From: Candidatus Aenigmatarchaeota archaeon
GTDB taxonomy: Archaea > Aenigmatarchaeota > Aenigmatarchaeia > CG10238-14 > SpSt-28
Direction: 5' to 3'
Length of the DNA: 64,000 nucleotides
NCBI GenBank assembly: GCA_038997165.1
Contig: JAWBAK010000001.1
Location: forward strand, 1 to 64,000
This document shows, one piece after another, positions 28,849 to 37,944 of this stretch. Numbering within the stretch: position 1 is the stretch's first letter; each line of letters begins with the position of its first letter. The notes under the pieces are model-generated. The model was not told the DNA's origin. It saw nothing but the letters and a program-made list of their open reading frames with translations, and made no database searches. The translations under genes were made by a program, and so were the position numbers.

Positions 28849-29620
28849 ATATTCTCAAAATCTCTCCATTTTTTATCGCTTCTATTTTTATATACTTTTT
28901 AATTATTGTTGTTTGTATTTTTGGAATTAAAACCTTTTCAATTTGAAATATTCCTGCTTCATTATTCATATGAACTCTTATTAAAATTGGTTTTTCTTTT
29001 GTACTTTCTAATTCAACTTTTTTTATAGATAAAGCAGAAAAAGCATGAATATCGGCTTTTCCTAATTTATAGGGAATTCTTGCTCTTCCCTCTGCCATAT
29101 CTAATCCATCTGCAATTTTTATTATACTAGATTCTATACTAGCTGCTAAAATTTTTTCATCATGTGAATAAATAGAATGAGAGATTTCAGCCTTAATTCT
29201 ATTTCTCTTTTTTATATCAGGATAAATTTCTAACAAAATTTCATCCAAAAGATTAAAAGCTAGTAAACTTCCTATTAATGGATGGTTTTCTCTATGAAAT
29301 GCATTACCTATATCGTGTAAATATGCAGAAAGAAAAATAATAACTTTTGAATCTTCTATTAATCCAATATTATTTTCAACAATCGAAGGAATAATATTAA
29401 ATTTTAAAAAATTTTCAAATACTTCTAAAGAAGCTGCTGAAACAATTCTTGAATGAATTTTTCCATGATCATTATAAAAAAATCTTTTTGTAGCAACAGT
29501 ATTAGCTTGTTCTAATAATGCACTAATTTTTTCATTATTTTCAATAATTTCATGTAAATATCCAATTAAACTATCTTTCGAAATTTTTTCAAAATAAAGT
29601 TTTTCATTTATTTCTACCAT
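28835..29620 (-). CDS. HD-domain phosphohydrolase (COG3294-like)
   Basis: YNDHG..H, LHDIGN..HR..H, ADGLDM..GRAR. Confidence 0.9.
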   Translation of the reverse strand: MVEINEKLYFEKISKDSLIGYLHEIIENNEKISALLEQANTVATKRFFYNDHGKIHSRIVSAASLEVFENFLKFNIIPSIVENNIGLIEDSKVIIFLSAYLHDIGNAFHRENHPLIGSLLAFNLLDEILLEIYPDIKKRNRIKAEISHSIYSHDEKILAASIESSIIKIADGLDMAEGRARIPYKLGKADIHAFSALSIKKVELESTKEKPILIRVHMNNEAGIFQIEKVLIPKIQTTIIKKYIKIEAIKNGEILRIYEFD

Positions 29621-30632
29621 ATTCTTTTAATTTTTTGAGAAATTTTTTAAATTCTTTTTTATTCATCACTGCTCCGCATGCATTTTTATGGCCACCAAAA
29701 CTTTTAAAATTAATATTAAATTTAGAAAATATTTCTAATAAATTTATTTTTGAATCATTACTTCTTAAACTCATTATAATTTCATTCTTTCTAATTTCAT
29801 AGACAATTATTATTTTATCTTTGAATTCTTGAGAAAGCATATTTGCAATAGTACTTCTTATATTAAATTTCGTTCTTATTTTATAAAGAAAAAAGCTACC
29901 TATCTCTATATGTTTTTTAATTGCATTTTTAAATTCTTTACTTAAAATTTTTTGAGCTTTATTATAAATCTTATTTAACTCTTTGCTTTTGAAAAATGCT
30001 ATATTTCTCATTTTTGGAACGTATTTTTCTATATCTTTTTCGAAAATGAAAAGAGAATTAACTTTTTTAGAAATTTCAAAAAAATCATCTATTTTAAGAT
30101 TAAATTTTCTCTCTGCTTTTTTTAGAATGTTTTCAGAAAATTTTTCTCCCTTATCAGCTACTATTCCTATTGAAGCAAAGAATAGAAGTTTATCAATATG
30201 ATAAATTCTATCGAATATAATATAGGAAATTGCCGAAGTTGGTAAATAAATCGAAGAATTTATTAACACTGGATTTATAAGAAAAATATCTTTAAAAGAA
30301 AAAACTTTTAATTGATGATGATCTATCCATATACATTTCAATTTTTTGTTTTTTATTTCGGCTAAAAATTCTTTTTCTATGCTTAAATCAAGAAATATGT
30401 ATAAGCAATTAGAATTTTTTTGTTTAGATAAGAAATTTTTTAAATCTTTGACTTTAATTGAAAAATACTCTACTTTTTTATTTAATTTTTCTAATACGCA
30501 TAATACAATTAAACAAGACATTAAACCATCAACATCTCTATCAAAAACAATTTTAATTTTTTGATAATTCTTTAAAATTTTTTCTAAATTTTTAGATTGT
30601 CTATTAAGAAACTTTAAAACTCTTACATCCAT
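29604..30632 (-). CDS. DHH/DHHA1 family phosphoesterase (RecJ-like)
   Basis: D.DVDG, FLD, IDHH, SLRS, GGH..ACG. Confidence 0.88.
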   Translation of the reverse strand: MDVRVLKFLNRQSKNLEKILKNYQKIKIVFDRDVDGLMSCLIVLCVLEKLNKKVEYFSIKVKDLKNFLSKQKNSNCLYIFLDLSIEKEFLAEIKNKKLKCIWIDHHQLKVFSFKDIFLINPVLINSSIYLPTSAISYIIFDRIYHIDKLLFFASIGIVADKGEKFSENILKKAERKFNLKIDDFFEISKKVNSLFIFEKDIEKYVPKMRNIAFFKSKELNKIYNKAQKILSKEFKNAIKKHIEIGSFFLYKIRTKFNIRSTIANMLSQEFKDKIIIVYEIRKNEIIMSLRSNDSKINLLEIFSKFNINFKSFGGHKNACGAVMNKKEFKKFLKKLKEYGRNK

Positions 30633-30664
30633 AAAATTTCTTAGAGGAAAAATATTTAATGAAA

Positions 30665-30737
30665 GCCCCCGTAGCTTAGTTGGTAAAGCGCCTGCCTCGT
30701 AAGCAGGAGATCGTGGGTTCGAATCCCACCGGGGGCT
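30665..30737 (+). tRNA. tRNA-Thr(CGT)
   Basis: Acceptor GCCCCCG/CGGGGGC-T; anticodon arm CCTGC-CTCGTAA-GCAGG; T-loop TTCGAAT. Confidence 0.97.
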
Positions 30738-30776
30738 TGTTTATCTCTTCAAAGCTCATAAGTGGAGTATATAAGC
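30737..30776 (+). repeat. tRNA 3'-flank repeat, copy 2 (copy 1 at 11441-11480, minus strand)
   Basis: 30/40 ungapped identity at the same offset from both tRNA 3' ends. Confidence 0.75.
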
Positions 30777-31173
30777 AAAGTTAAAAAAGTCAATTAGAAG
30801 ATTTAAAAAGGATAGATATAAAAACCTATGAGAATGTTGTAAAATTTATTAAAAATTAGAAACCAATATTTAGCAAAATATATGTTCGTTTAAGCCTAAG
30901 AGACGTAGAAGATAAAATATAAATTATTTAAATTAAGAAAATTTAAATATTAGTAACCTAAAAAATTTAAAAATTTCTTCTAGAATTATATAACTTCTAC
31001 AAAAGACTAAGGTCTTGAAGGAAGTTTAACTTTTATTTTTGTTTTCTTTAATAAAAAAGTAAAAATCAATTGGTTCATCATAAGTTTTAAATTCATATAC
31101 AAATTTTAGATATTTTAAAATTCTAAAAGTTTTTTTGAAAGTTTTATTATACTATCTTATCTTATTTTTTCAC

Positions 31174-31425
31174 TCATTTTGTTTTATTTTCTAAAATAAT
31201 TTTTTTTACATAGAAATCTAAGAAGACAGTAATAATAAATATGATAATGATTAATACTATAAAAGAAATATAAATTTCTTTCAATTTTTCTCCTTTTTTT
31301 ATTCTATGAATTCCCCAAGCAAAAAGAATAGTTGAAATAATAAATCCTACTGGACTACCAGTAATTATTATGGTTATTATCCATATTGTGAAGAGTACTA
31401 TAAATTGCTTCCAATTCCAAGCCAT
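31174..31425 (-). CDS. small membrane protein
   Basis: 83 aa, mostly hydrophobic. Confidence 0.6.
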   Translation of the reverse strand: MAWNWKQFIVLFTIWIITIIITGSPVGFIISTILFAWGIHRIKKGEKLKEIYISFIVLIIIIFIITVFLDFYVKKIILENKTK

Positions 31426-31518
31426 ACTAGTTTAATATCAGAAATTATATTTATATTTTTTAATTAACACTACTACGTGCATTGTATTAAAAAACTACTC
31501 TTAATAAAAGAGAATTCT

Positions 31519-32838
31519 TTATATTTTAATTTCCTTTACTCCAAGAGTATACTTATGTAAAACTTTTGGAATTTCAATTATATTCTCTTTTGGATTATAA
31601 TGATTTTCAACGATAGCACAAATTAATCTTTCTACTGCAGCTGCTGTTGCGTAAACATTTCTTACTAATTCCTTTTTACTTCCAGCATATCCATATCTCA
31701 TATTTAATTTTTCAGAAACCCAAGTTCCCATAGTAGCTATAGAATGAGTTTCTCTATATTTTCCTTCAGCCGGAAACCATGTTTGAACATCTATTTGAAT
31801 TAATGCTCTTCTATCCATATCTCCACTTGGTACTATTACAGATCTATTTGGTAAGTTAAGAGAATTTAAAAATTCCTGAACAGCATCTGCTAATTTAAAT
31901 ACTTCGTCATAATCTTCATCTTTTTTAGCTATTACATGAATTTCTGCCTTATGGAATTGCTTAACTCTAAATATTCCTTTTGTATCTTTTCCGTGAGCTC
32001 CCGCTTCTTTTCTAAAACAAGCAGTCCATGCAAGAATTTTAATAGGTAAATCCTTTGGATCAAATAATTTATCTTTGAAATATGCTATGATTGGATGTTC
32101 AGACGTTGAAATTAATATTAAATTATCTTCAACATTAAATAATGCATCTTGAAAAGCTTCAAAATATGTAATTTTTTCTTCTACTTCTTTTCTCATCATA
32201 TAAGGAGTTATCATTAATACATCTGAATAACCTTTATTTTTAAAAAATTCTATTGCATATAAACTTAAAGCTAAATCTAAAATTACTAATTCATTAAATA
32301 AATAATAAAATCTTGATCCAGAAATTTCTCCTGCTTTTTCTTGATCAATATATTTTCCAACCAAGCTATAGTGATGCAATGGTTCATAATTTATTTTTTC
32401 AAATTCAACATTTGGATACATTTTAATAAAATTTTCAATTTGATTTTCATAAACCTTTGGTCTACCAATATATTTTATTGGTTTTTCATATTCTTCACCA
32501 ATCTTTAAAGGAACTTCTGGATGGATCCAATTTGGTAAAAGTAGTTCAATTTTTGAGATTTTTTCCTCGATATTTTTAACTTCCTCTTCTAACTTATTAA
32601 TTTCCTCTTTTAATAGTTTGGCTTTTTTTAATAAGCTTTCTTCTTTTTTTTCTATATATTCTTTGTTAATTTTATTTAGTTCTGTTTTCTTTTCTTTAAG
32701 AATTTTATTTAATTCTTTTAGTTCTTTAAATTCTTTTATTCCATTTTCAATTATTGGAATTAAATTATCTAAACCTCTATGAATTAAATTTTCTTTATAC
32801 TTTTCAAAATTGTCGGCTATATCTTTAATTTTTGGCAT
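31519..32838 (-). CDS. serS: seryl-tRNA synthetase
   Basis: N-terminal coiled coil, GSRFY, TSEHP, FRKEAGAHGKDTKGIFRV.QF. Confidence 0.95.
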   Translation of the reverse strand: MPKIKDIADNFEKYKENLIHRGLDNLIPIIENGIKEFKELKELNKILKEKKTELNKINKEYIEKKEESLLKKAKLLKEEINKLEEEVKNIEEKISKIELLLPNWIHPEVPLKIGEEYEKPIKYIGRPKVYENQIENFIKMYPNVEFEKINYEPLHHYSLVGKYIDQEKAGEISGSRFYYLFNELVILDLALSLYAIEFFKNKGYSDVLMITPYMMRKEVEEKITYFEAFQDALFNVEDNLILISTSEHPIIAYFKDKLFDPKDLPIKILAWTACFRKEAGAHGKDTKGIFRVKQFHKAEIHVIAKKDEDYDEVFKLADAVQEFLNSLNLPNRSVIVPSGDMDRRALIQIDVQTWFPAEGKYRETHSIATMGTWVSEKLNMRYGYAGSKKELVRNVYATAAAVERLICAIVENHYNPKENIIEIPKVLHKYTLGVKEIKI

Positions 32839-32916
32839 AAATTTTAAATTTTTGACCTAAAAATATTTATATATTAAAATTAAATGATTTATTTAACTTG
32901 AAAAAGTTTAATTTTT

Positions 32917-33444
32917 ATGGATAAATTTGCTTTAACAGAAGTTCAAATAAAACCTTTACTTTTTACAGCTGCAATAGTTAAAAAATTTGATTTAACAATT
33001 TTACCTTTAACATTTACTTATGAAGGTCCAAATATTTCTATGATTTCAAAAAATTTCAAAAAAATTATATCAAGTGCTTTTGAAATTAAAGAAGAAGATA
33101 TAAAAGAGAGTTCTTTTAATCTAATAAGGGGGGAAAAAGAAAAGATGAATTCAGAATATAAATTAAATAAGAAAATAGATTCTTTTTGCTACTATAGATT
33201 TGAAATAAGAAGTTCATATGAAGCTGATATAAATGATAATGGAAAATTTGAAACTTCAATTAAAGGTTCCTTATATTTTGAACTTCCTCAAGAAACCTCT
33301 TTTCAAAGATCTATATTTTTTCATTTTTTCTTTTCTTTATATTGGAATTTTTATTATTCAAAAATTGTTGGAAAATACATTGAAGAAGGAAAAGGTTATT
33401 TAACAAAATTTATAAACTTGTTAAAAGCACAAACAAAAATTTAA
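32917..33444 (+). CDS. hypothetical protein
   Basis: 175-aa ORF, first gene of an apparent operon. Confidence 0.65.
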   Translation: MDKFALTEVQIKPLLFTAAIVKKFDLTILPLTFTYEGPNISMISKNFKKIISSAFEIKEEDIKESSFNLIRGEKEKMNSEYKLNKKIDSFCYYRFEIRSSYEADINDNGKFETSIKGSLYFELPQETSFQRSIFFHFFFSLYWNFYYSKIVGKYIEEGKGYLTKFINLLKAQTKI

Positions 33445-33938
33445 TGGAAGAGAAAATAATTAAAGAAATTATAATTCCAAAAGAAGAATATTTAGAATTT
33501 AATATAGAAACTTCTAATCCATTAAATGCCTATAAAAGACATTATGAAATTTTTGCAAGAATGCTTGAAATTAAAAGAAGTAGACATTATATTAGAGATT
33601 TAAGATTTGATGCAACAGATAATTCTTTTTTTATAAGAATTGATATTAGCGATATTTTTGATGATTCTAAATTTTTTAGAACTTATTATTTAATAGAAAC
33701 AATTTTAAGTGGTAATATTCCAAAAGAAGGAAAGTCTAATTTAAACATTAAACTTAGAGGCAAAATTATTTATGAACTAACTATAAGCGATGAAAATAAA
33801 TTACTCTTTTTTATTAAAAAATTATTCGCACATCTTCATTTTCAGCTTTTTTATAAAAAAGTTTTTGAAGATAGAATAAAAAGAATTGAGGAAGTTTTGG
33901 AAAAAGCAAAAAACGAATTTATAAGAATTTTATCTTAA
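33444..33938 (+). CDS. hypothetical protein, probable paralogue of the upstream gene
   Basis: TAATG coupling; similar C-terminal pattern. Confidence 0.65.
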   Translation: MEEKIIKEIIIPKEEYLEFNIETSNPLNAYKRHYEIFARMLEIKRSRHYIRDLRFDATDNSFFIRIDISDIFDDSKFFRTYYLIETILSGNIPKEGKSNLNIKLRGKIIYELTISDENKLLFFIKKLFAHLHFQLFYKKVFEDRIKRIEEVLEKAKNEFIRILS

Positions 33939-33940
33939 AT

Positions 33941-35029
33941 ATGATAAGAAAAGGGTTTGTTGAATTAAGATTAGCTAGTGGACCTGTACCACACTATAAA
34001 GAAATGGTTAAATTAGCAAGGCCTATTTTAGAAATTTTAGTCGAAGAATATGGAAGTTATGAAGTAATAAAAAGATTTAGCGATGCCTTATGGTTTCAAT
34101 GTTTCGCATGTTTATTAGGTTTTGAGTGGAATTATAGTGGGATGACTACAGTAACAATTAAAGCTATTAAAGATGCTTTAAAAGATTCAAATTTACCAAT
34201 AAAAGTTGTGGGAGGAAAAGGAAAAGAAGCCATTAATACTTTAGAAGAAATAGAAAAATTAGAAATAAAAAATAAAGATGAAATAAAAAAAGCTAGTATA
34301 TTAAGTGCAAAAGCAGATAATGTTGAATTGCAAGATGGTTATGATCTATATTTTCATTCATTAATAATTGATGAAAATGGAAATTTTTCTATAATAAATC
34401 AAAAAATGAATATTAATAATCAAAAAGTTAGAAGACTTCATTGGATAGCTAATACAAAAGTATTTGAAGAAGAACCACATAACGAAATAATTGGAATAAA
34501 AGAAAAAGTTGCTTTAAATTTATTTTCGAAAGATTCTAAAGAAACAAGAAAAGCTATTGTAGATATTGTTAAAGATTATAGTATTGAAAAAATTGAAAAA
34601 ACTTTAATAATGCTAAATAAAAAACAAAATCAAAAATTATTGGTAGATTATTTAAAAATGGAAAATTTTGAAATAGTTAAATTGCCTTATTATTTTAAAA
34701 TACCTAAAAAAATTGATAAAAAAGCTTTAGAAATAGCAAAAAATGCTGAAAATTTTGAAGATATACTAAAAATTAGAGGAATTGGAAAAGATACTATAAG
34801 AGGTTTAGCATATATTGCAAATATAATTTTTGGAACAAGAATTAGTTGGAAAGATCCAATTAAATTTACTTATGCTCATGGAACAAAAGCTGGTAAACCA
34901 TATTATGTTGATAAAGAAAGAATGTTGAAAGAAGCAGAAATATTAAGACAAGCTGTTGAAGAGGCAAAAATAGGAAATAAAGAAAAAATTTATGCATTAA
35001 AAAGATTATCGAAAATTATTGAAATGTGA
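33941..35029 (+). CDS. DUF763 family protein
   Basis: WFQ.F.C.LG..W..SG.TT, GGKG, LQDGY.LY.H, DP..F.YAHG.K.G.P. Confidence 0.9.
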   Translation: MIRKGFVELRLASGPVPHYKEMVKLARPILEILVEEYGSYEVIKRFSDALWFQCFACLLGFEWNYSGMTTVTIKAIKDALKDSNLPIKVVGGKGKEAINTLEEIEKLEIKNKDEIKKASILSAKADNVELQDGYDLYFHSLIIDENGNFSIINQKMNINNQKVRRLHWIANTKVFEEEPHNEIIGIKEKVALNLFSKDSKETRKAIVDIVKDYSIEKIEKTLIMLNKKQNQKLLVDYLKMENFEIVKLPYYFKIPKKIDKKALEIAKNAENFEDILKIRGIGKDTIRGLAYIANIIFGTRISWKDPIKFTYAHGTKAGKPYYVDKERMLKEAEILRQAVEEAKIGNKEKIYALKRLSKIIEM

Positions 35030-35898
35030 ATGTTGGAATTGATATAGGAGCTACTAAAACAAGAATTGGAATAGAAAAAGATGGAAAAATATTAATAGAA
35101 GAATTTTACACACCAAAAGAAAATTTAATAAATTTTTTATTTCAAAAACTTTCAAATATAAAATTTGAAAAAATAGTAATAGGAATTGCTGGAATTGTTA
35201 ATATAAAAAAAGGTGAAGTTATTTATTCTCCAAATCTCAAAATAAAAAATTTAAATTTAAAAGATATTCTAGAAAAAATATTTAAAAAAGAAGTAATTGT
35301 TGTTAATGACGCAATTGCCGCTTCAATTGGTGAAAAAATTTATGGAAAATATAAAGAAAAAAATTTTGTGTATATAACAATAAGTAGTGGAATAGGTGCT
35401 GGAATTTTTATAGATAATAAATTAATTTTAGGAAAAGATGGAAATGCTCATGAAGTTGGACATATTACGATAGATTTTAACTCTAGAATAAAATGTAGTT
35501 GTGGAAAATATGGGCACTGGGAAGCTTATTGTAGTGGAAATTCTATTCCAAATTTTGTAAAATATTATGCTAATTTAAAAGGATATAAAATTTTTGATAA
35601 AATAAAGGGTGCAGAAGAGTTTTTCAAAATTTATAAAAAATATGAAATAGGAAAAGAAATTTTCAAATTATTACAAATAATTAATGCAAAAGCAATAGCC
35701 TCTATTATACATCTTTATGATCCAGAAATAGTTGTTATTGGAGGTAGTGTAGCTGTTAATAATAAAAAGTTAATTAATAAAAAGTTAATAAAAAAAGAGT
35801 TATTAGTTAGAATGCCAAAAATTAGTTTTTCAAAAGTAAAAAATAATGGGGTTTTAGGCTGCTTAGAAATTTGTAAAAATAATTTAAAACTTAAATAG
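35026..35898 (+). CDS. ROK family sugar kinase (glucokinase-like)
   Basis: DIGATK, NDA, SSGIGAG, EVGH, CSCG..GHWEA; GTG start. Confidence 0.92.
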   Translation: MNVGIDIGATKTRIGIEKDGKILIEEFYTPKENLINFLFQKLSNIKFEKIVIGIAGIVNIKKGEVIYSPNLKIKNLNLKDILEKIFKKEVIVVNDAIAASIGEKIYGKYKEKNFVYITISSGIGAGIFIDNKLILGKDGNAHEVGHITIDFNSRIKCSCGKYGHWEAYCSGNSIPNFVKYYANLKGYKIFDKIKGAEEFFKIYKKYEIGKEIFKLLQIINAKAIASIIHLYDPEIVVIGGSVAVNNKKLINKKLIKKELLVRMPKISFSKVKNNGVLGCLEICKNNLKLK

Positions 35899-35918
35899 TT
35901 TTCGAAACTTCTTTTTTT

Positions 35919-36284
35919 ATGGCAACGAAAGGAAAAGCTAAAAAAGAGGAAATAGTAAATATTGGAGAAATAGCTTTTTTAGCAGGAATTTTAATAGCAA
36001 TAATTTCAGGAATACTAATAGTAGGTAACGTAATATCACAAGAATGGCTAGTAAATGCTTCATTAGCTCTATTAGGAACTATAGTTGGTTTATTAAATAT
36101 AAGAAAAGAAGAATATACAACATTTTTATTAGCAAGCTTAATTTTTCTATTACCGCTAGGAGTTGAAACTATAACAGGATTAGAATGGTTATCAAAAATA
36201 ATTAAATTAATAGGAGTTTTTGTATTACCAGCTGCATTAATAACAGCTTTTAAAGCAGTTTGGGATACAGCACACAAAAGATAG
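35919..36284 (+). CDS. small four-TM membrane protein
   Basis: VGLLNI..EE...FLLA and FVLPAA hydrophobic pattern. Confidence 0.7.
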   Translation: MATKGKAKKEEIVNIGEIAFLAGILIAIISGILIVGNVISQEWLVNASLALLGTIVGLLNIRKEEYTTFLLASLIFLLPLGVETITGLEWLSKIIKLIGVFVLPAALITAFKAVWDTAHKR

Positions 36285-36286
36285 TC

Positions 36287-36463
36287 CTATCCTATCACTT
36301 TTATTAATTTTTTTGGTCTTAAAGCTTTGCTCTTACAATATCTACATCTAACTTTTCCTTCGGCAACTTTACTAGCTAGTGCTCTAATTTTATGTTTACA
36401 ATTTTTACATACAAATACATTTTTGAATAATCTTTTTTCTACATCTGGATCTAACTTTTTCAT
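36287..36463 (-). CDS. rpl40e: 50S ribosomal protein L40e
   Basis: Manual translation ...EKRLFKNVFVCKNC...KVRCRYCKSKALRPKK; not in the ORF track. Confidence 0.9.
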   Translation of the reverse strand: MKKLDPDVEKRLFKNVFVCKNCKHKIRALASKVAEGKVRCRYCKSKALRPKKLIKVIG

Positions 36464-36486
36464 AAAAATATTAATTAAAAATATAT

Positions 36487-37056
36487 ATGGATAAAAAAGG
36501 TTATAGATTTTTAGGTATTGATGATTCCTATTTTAGCAGAAACGAAAAATTTTCTTATTTAGTTGGTTGTATTATGAGAAAAAATGAAATAATTGAAGGA
36601 TTTCTAATTGAAAAAATAGATGTTGATGGATTAGATTCTACAGAAAAAATTATAAAAATGATAAATAATAAAAGATTTTATCAACAAATTTTTGCTGTTT
36701 TCCTTGCAGGAATAACTTTTGCTGGATTTAATGTTGCTGATATTGAAGAAATATATCAAAAAACAAAAAAACCAATAATTGTTCTAATGAAAAAATATCC
36801 AAATTTTAATGGAATTGAAAATGCTCTTAAAAAATATTTTAATGATTGGAAAAAAAGATTAGAAATAATAAAAAAAGCTGGAGAAATTAAAAAAATTGAA
36901 AATTTTTATGTTCAATTAAAAGGAATTAGCGAAAAGGAAGCAGAAATTTTAATAAAAATGAGTAGAAAAAATAGTAAAGTACCGGAAGCATTAAGAATTG
37001 CTCATATGGTAGCTAGTGCAATTTCTTTAGGCTATAGTTCAAAAAAGATTTTATAA
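36487..37056 (+). CDS. DUF99 / endonuclease V-like protein
   Basis: GIDD, VDGLDST, GITFAGFNV.D, PEALRIAH. Confidence 0.92.
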   Translation: MDKKGYRFLGIDDSYFSRNEKFSYLVGCIMRKNEIIEGFLIEKIDVDGLDSTEKIIKMINNKRFYQQIFAVFLAGITFAGFNVADIEEIYQKTKKPIIVLMKKYPNFNGIENALKKYFNDWKKRLEIIKKAGEIKKIENFYVQLKGISEKEAEILIKMSRKNSKVPEALRIAHMVASAISLGYSSKKIL

Positions 37057-37935
37057 TTTTCTTATTTTAGCAATAAAAAACGCTTCTTGACCTTTATTTA
37101 AAATTCTTTTTGTTTTTGAAATTTCTTTACTAAATTCGTAATTATCGAATTTAGTAAAACCATCTATAAGACTTATACCTTTAATTTTAATGTTTTCTAA
37201 TTCTACATCAAAATTTTTAATAAACCAATCTATGATAGCTTCGTTTTCTTCAATTAATAATGAGCATGTTGAATAAACAATTATTCCATCCTTTTTTAAC
37301 ATATAGTATGCAGATTTTAATAATTGTTTTTGTAAATTCTGAAGTTTTTTAATTAAATTTTCATTAGTAAGTTTTATTGCATCTCTTTTAAATGTTCCAG
37401 TAGCACTACAAGGAACATCTAATAAAATTTTATCAAAAAAATTTTCAATTTTTTTATATAAAAATCTTCCATCTTCAATTGAAATTATTGTATTTAATAC
37501 TCCCATTTTTTGAATATTAGAAGCTAATGCTTTTATTCTATCTATTTTTATATCATTAGCTAAAATAAAGCCTTTATTATTCATCAACTGAGCTATTTCT
37601 GTAGTTTTCCCTCCAGGTGCTGCACATAAATCTAAAACATAATCTTTTTCATTTGGTTCTAAAACTAATGGAACTATCATGCTAGATGCATCATGACAAA
37701 AAATATAGCCAATTGCATGTTCTATTTCTTTTGTAATTATTTTATCCTTATTTAAAACTTTGAATGCAAAATCTGCAAAGGGTAATTTTTCTAATTCATA
37801 TCCTCTATTTTCTAGTTCTTTTATAACTTTATCTACTTCTATTTTTAAAGTATTTACCCTAAAATATGTTGCTAAAGATTTATAATATTCTTCAATATTT
37901 ATACTGAATTTTTTTTCTAATTCTCCTATTTTCAT
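37051..37935 (-). CDS. RsmB/NOP2 family RNA m5C methyltransferase
   Basis: RVNTLK, DLCAAPGGKT, LLDVPCS, VYSTCS...EENE. Confidence 0.95.
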   Translation of the reverse strand: MKIGELEKKFSINIEEYYKSLATYFRVNTLKIEVDKVIKELENRGYELEKLPFADFAFKVLNKDKIITKEIEHAIGYIFCHDASSMIVPLVLEPNEKDYVLDLCAAPGGKTTEIAQLMNNKGFILANDIKIDRIKALASNIQKMGVLNTIISIEDGRFLYKKIENFFDKILLDVPCSATGTFKRDAIKLTNENLIKKLQNLQKQLLKSAYYMLKKDGIIVYSTCSLLIEENEAIIDWFIKNFDVELENIKIKGISLIDGFTKFDNYEFSKEISKTKRILNKGQEAFFIAKIRKL

Positions 37936-37944
37936 TAATTATTT

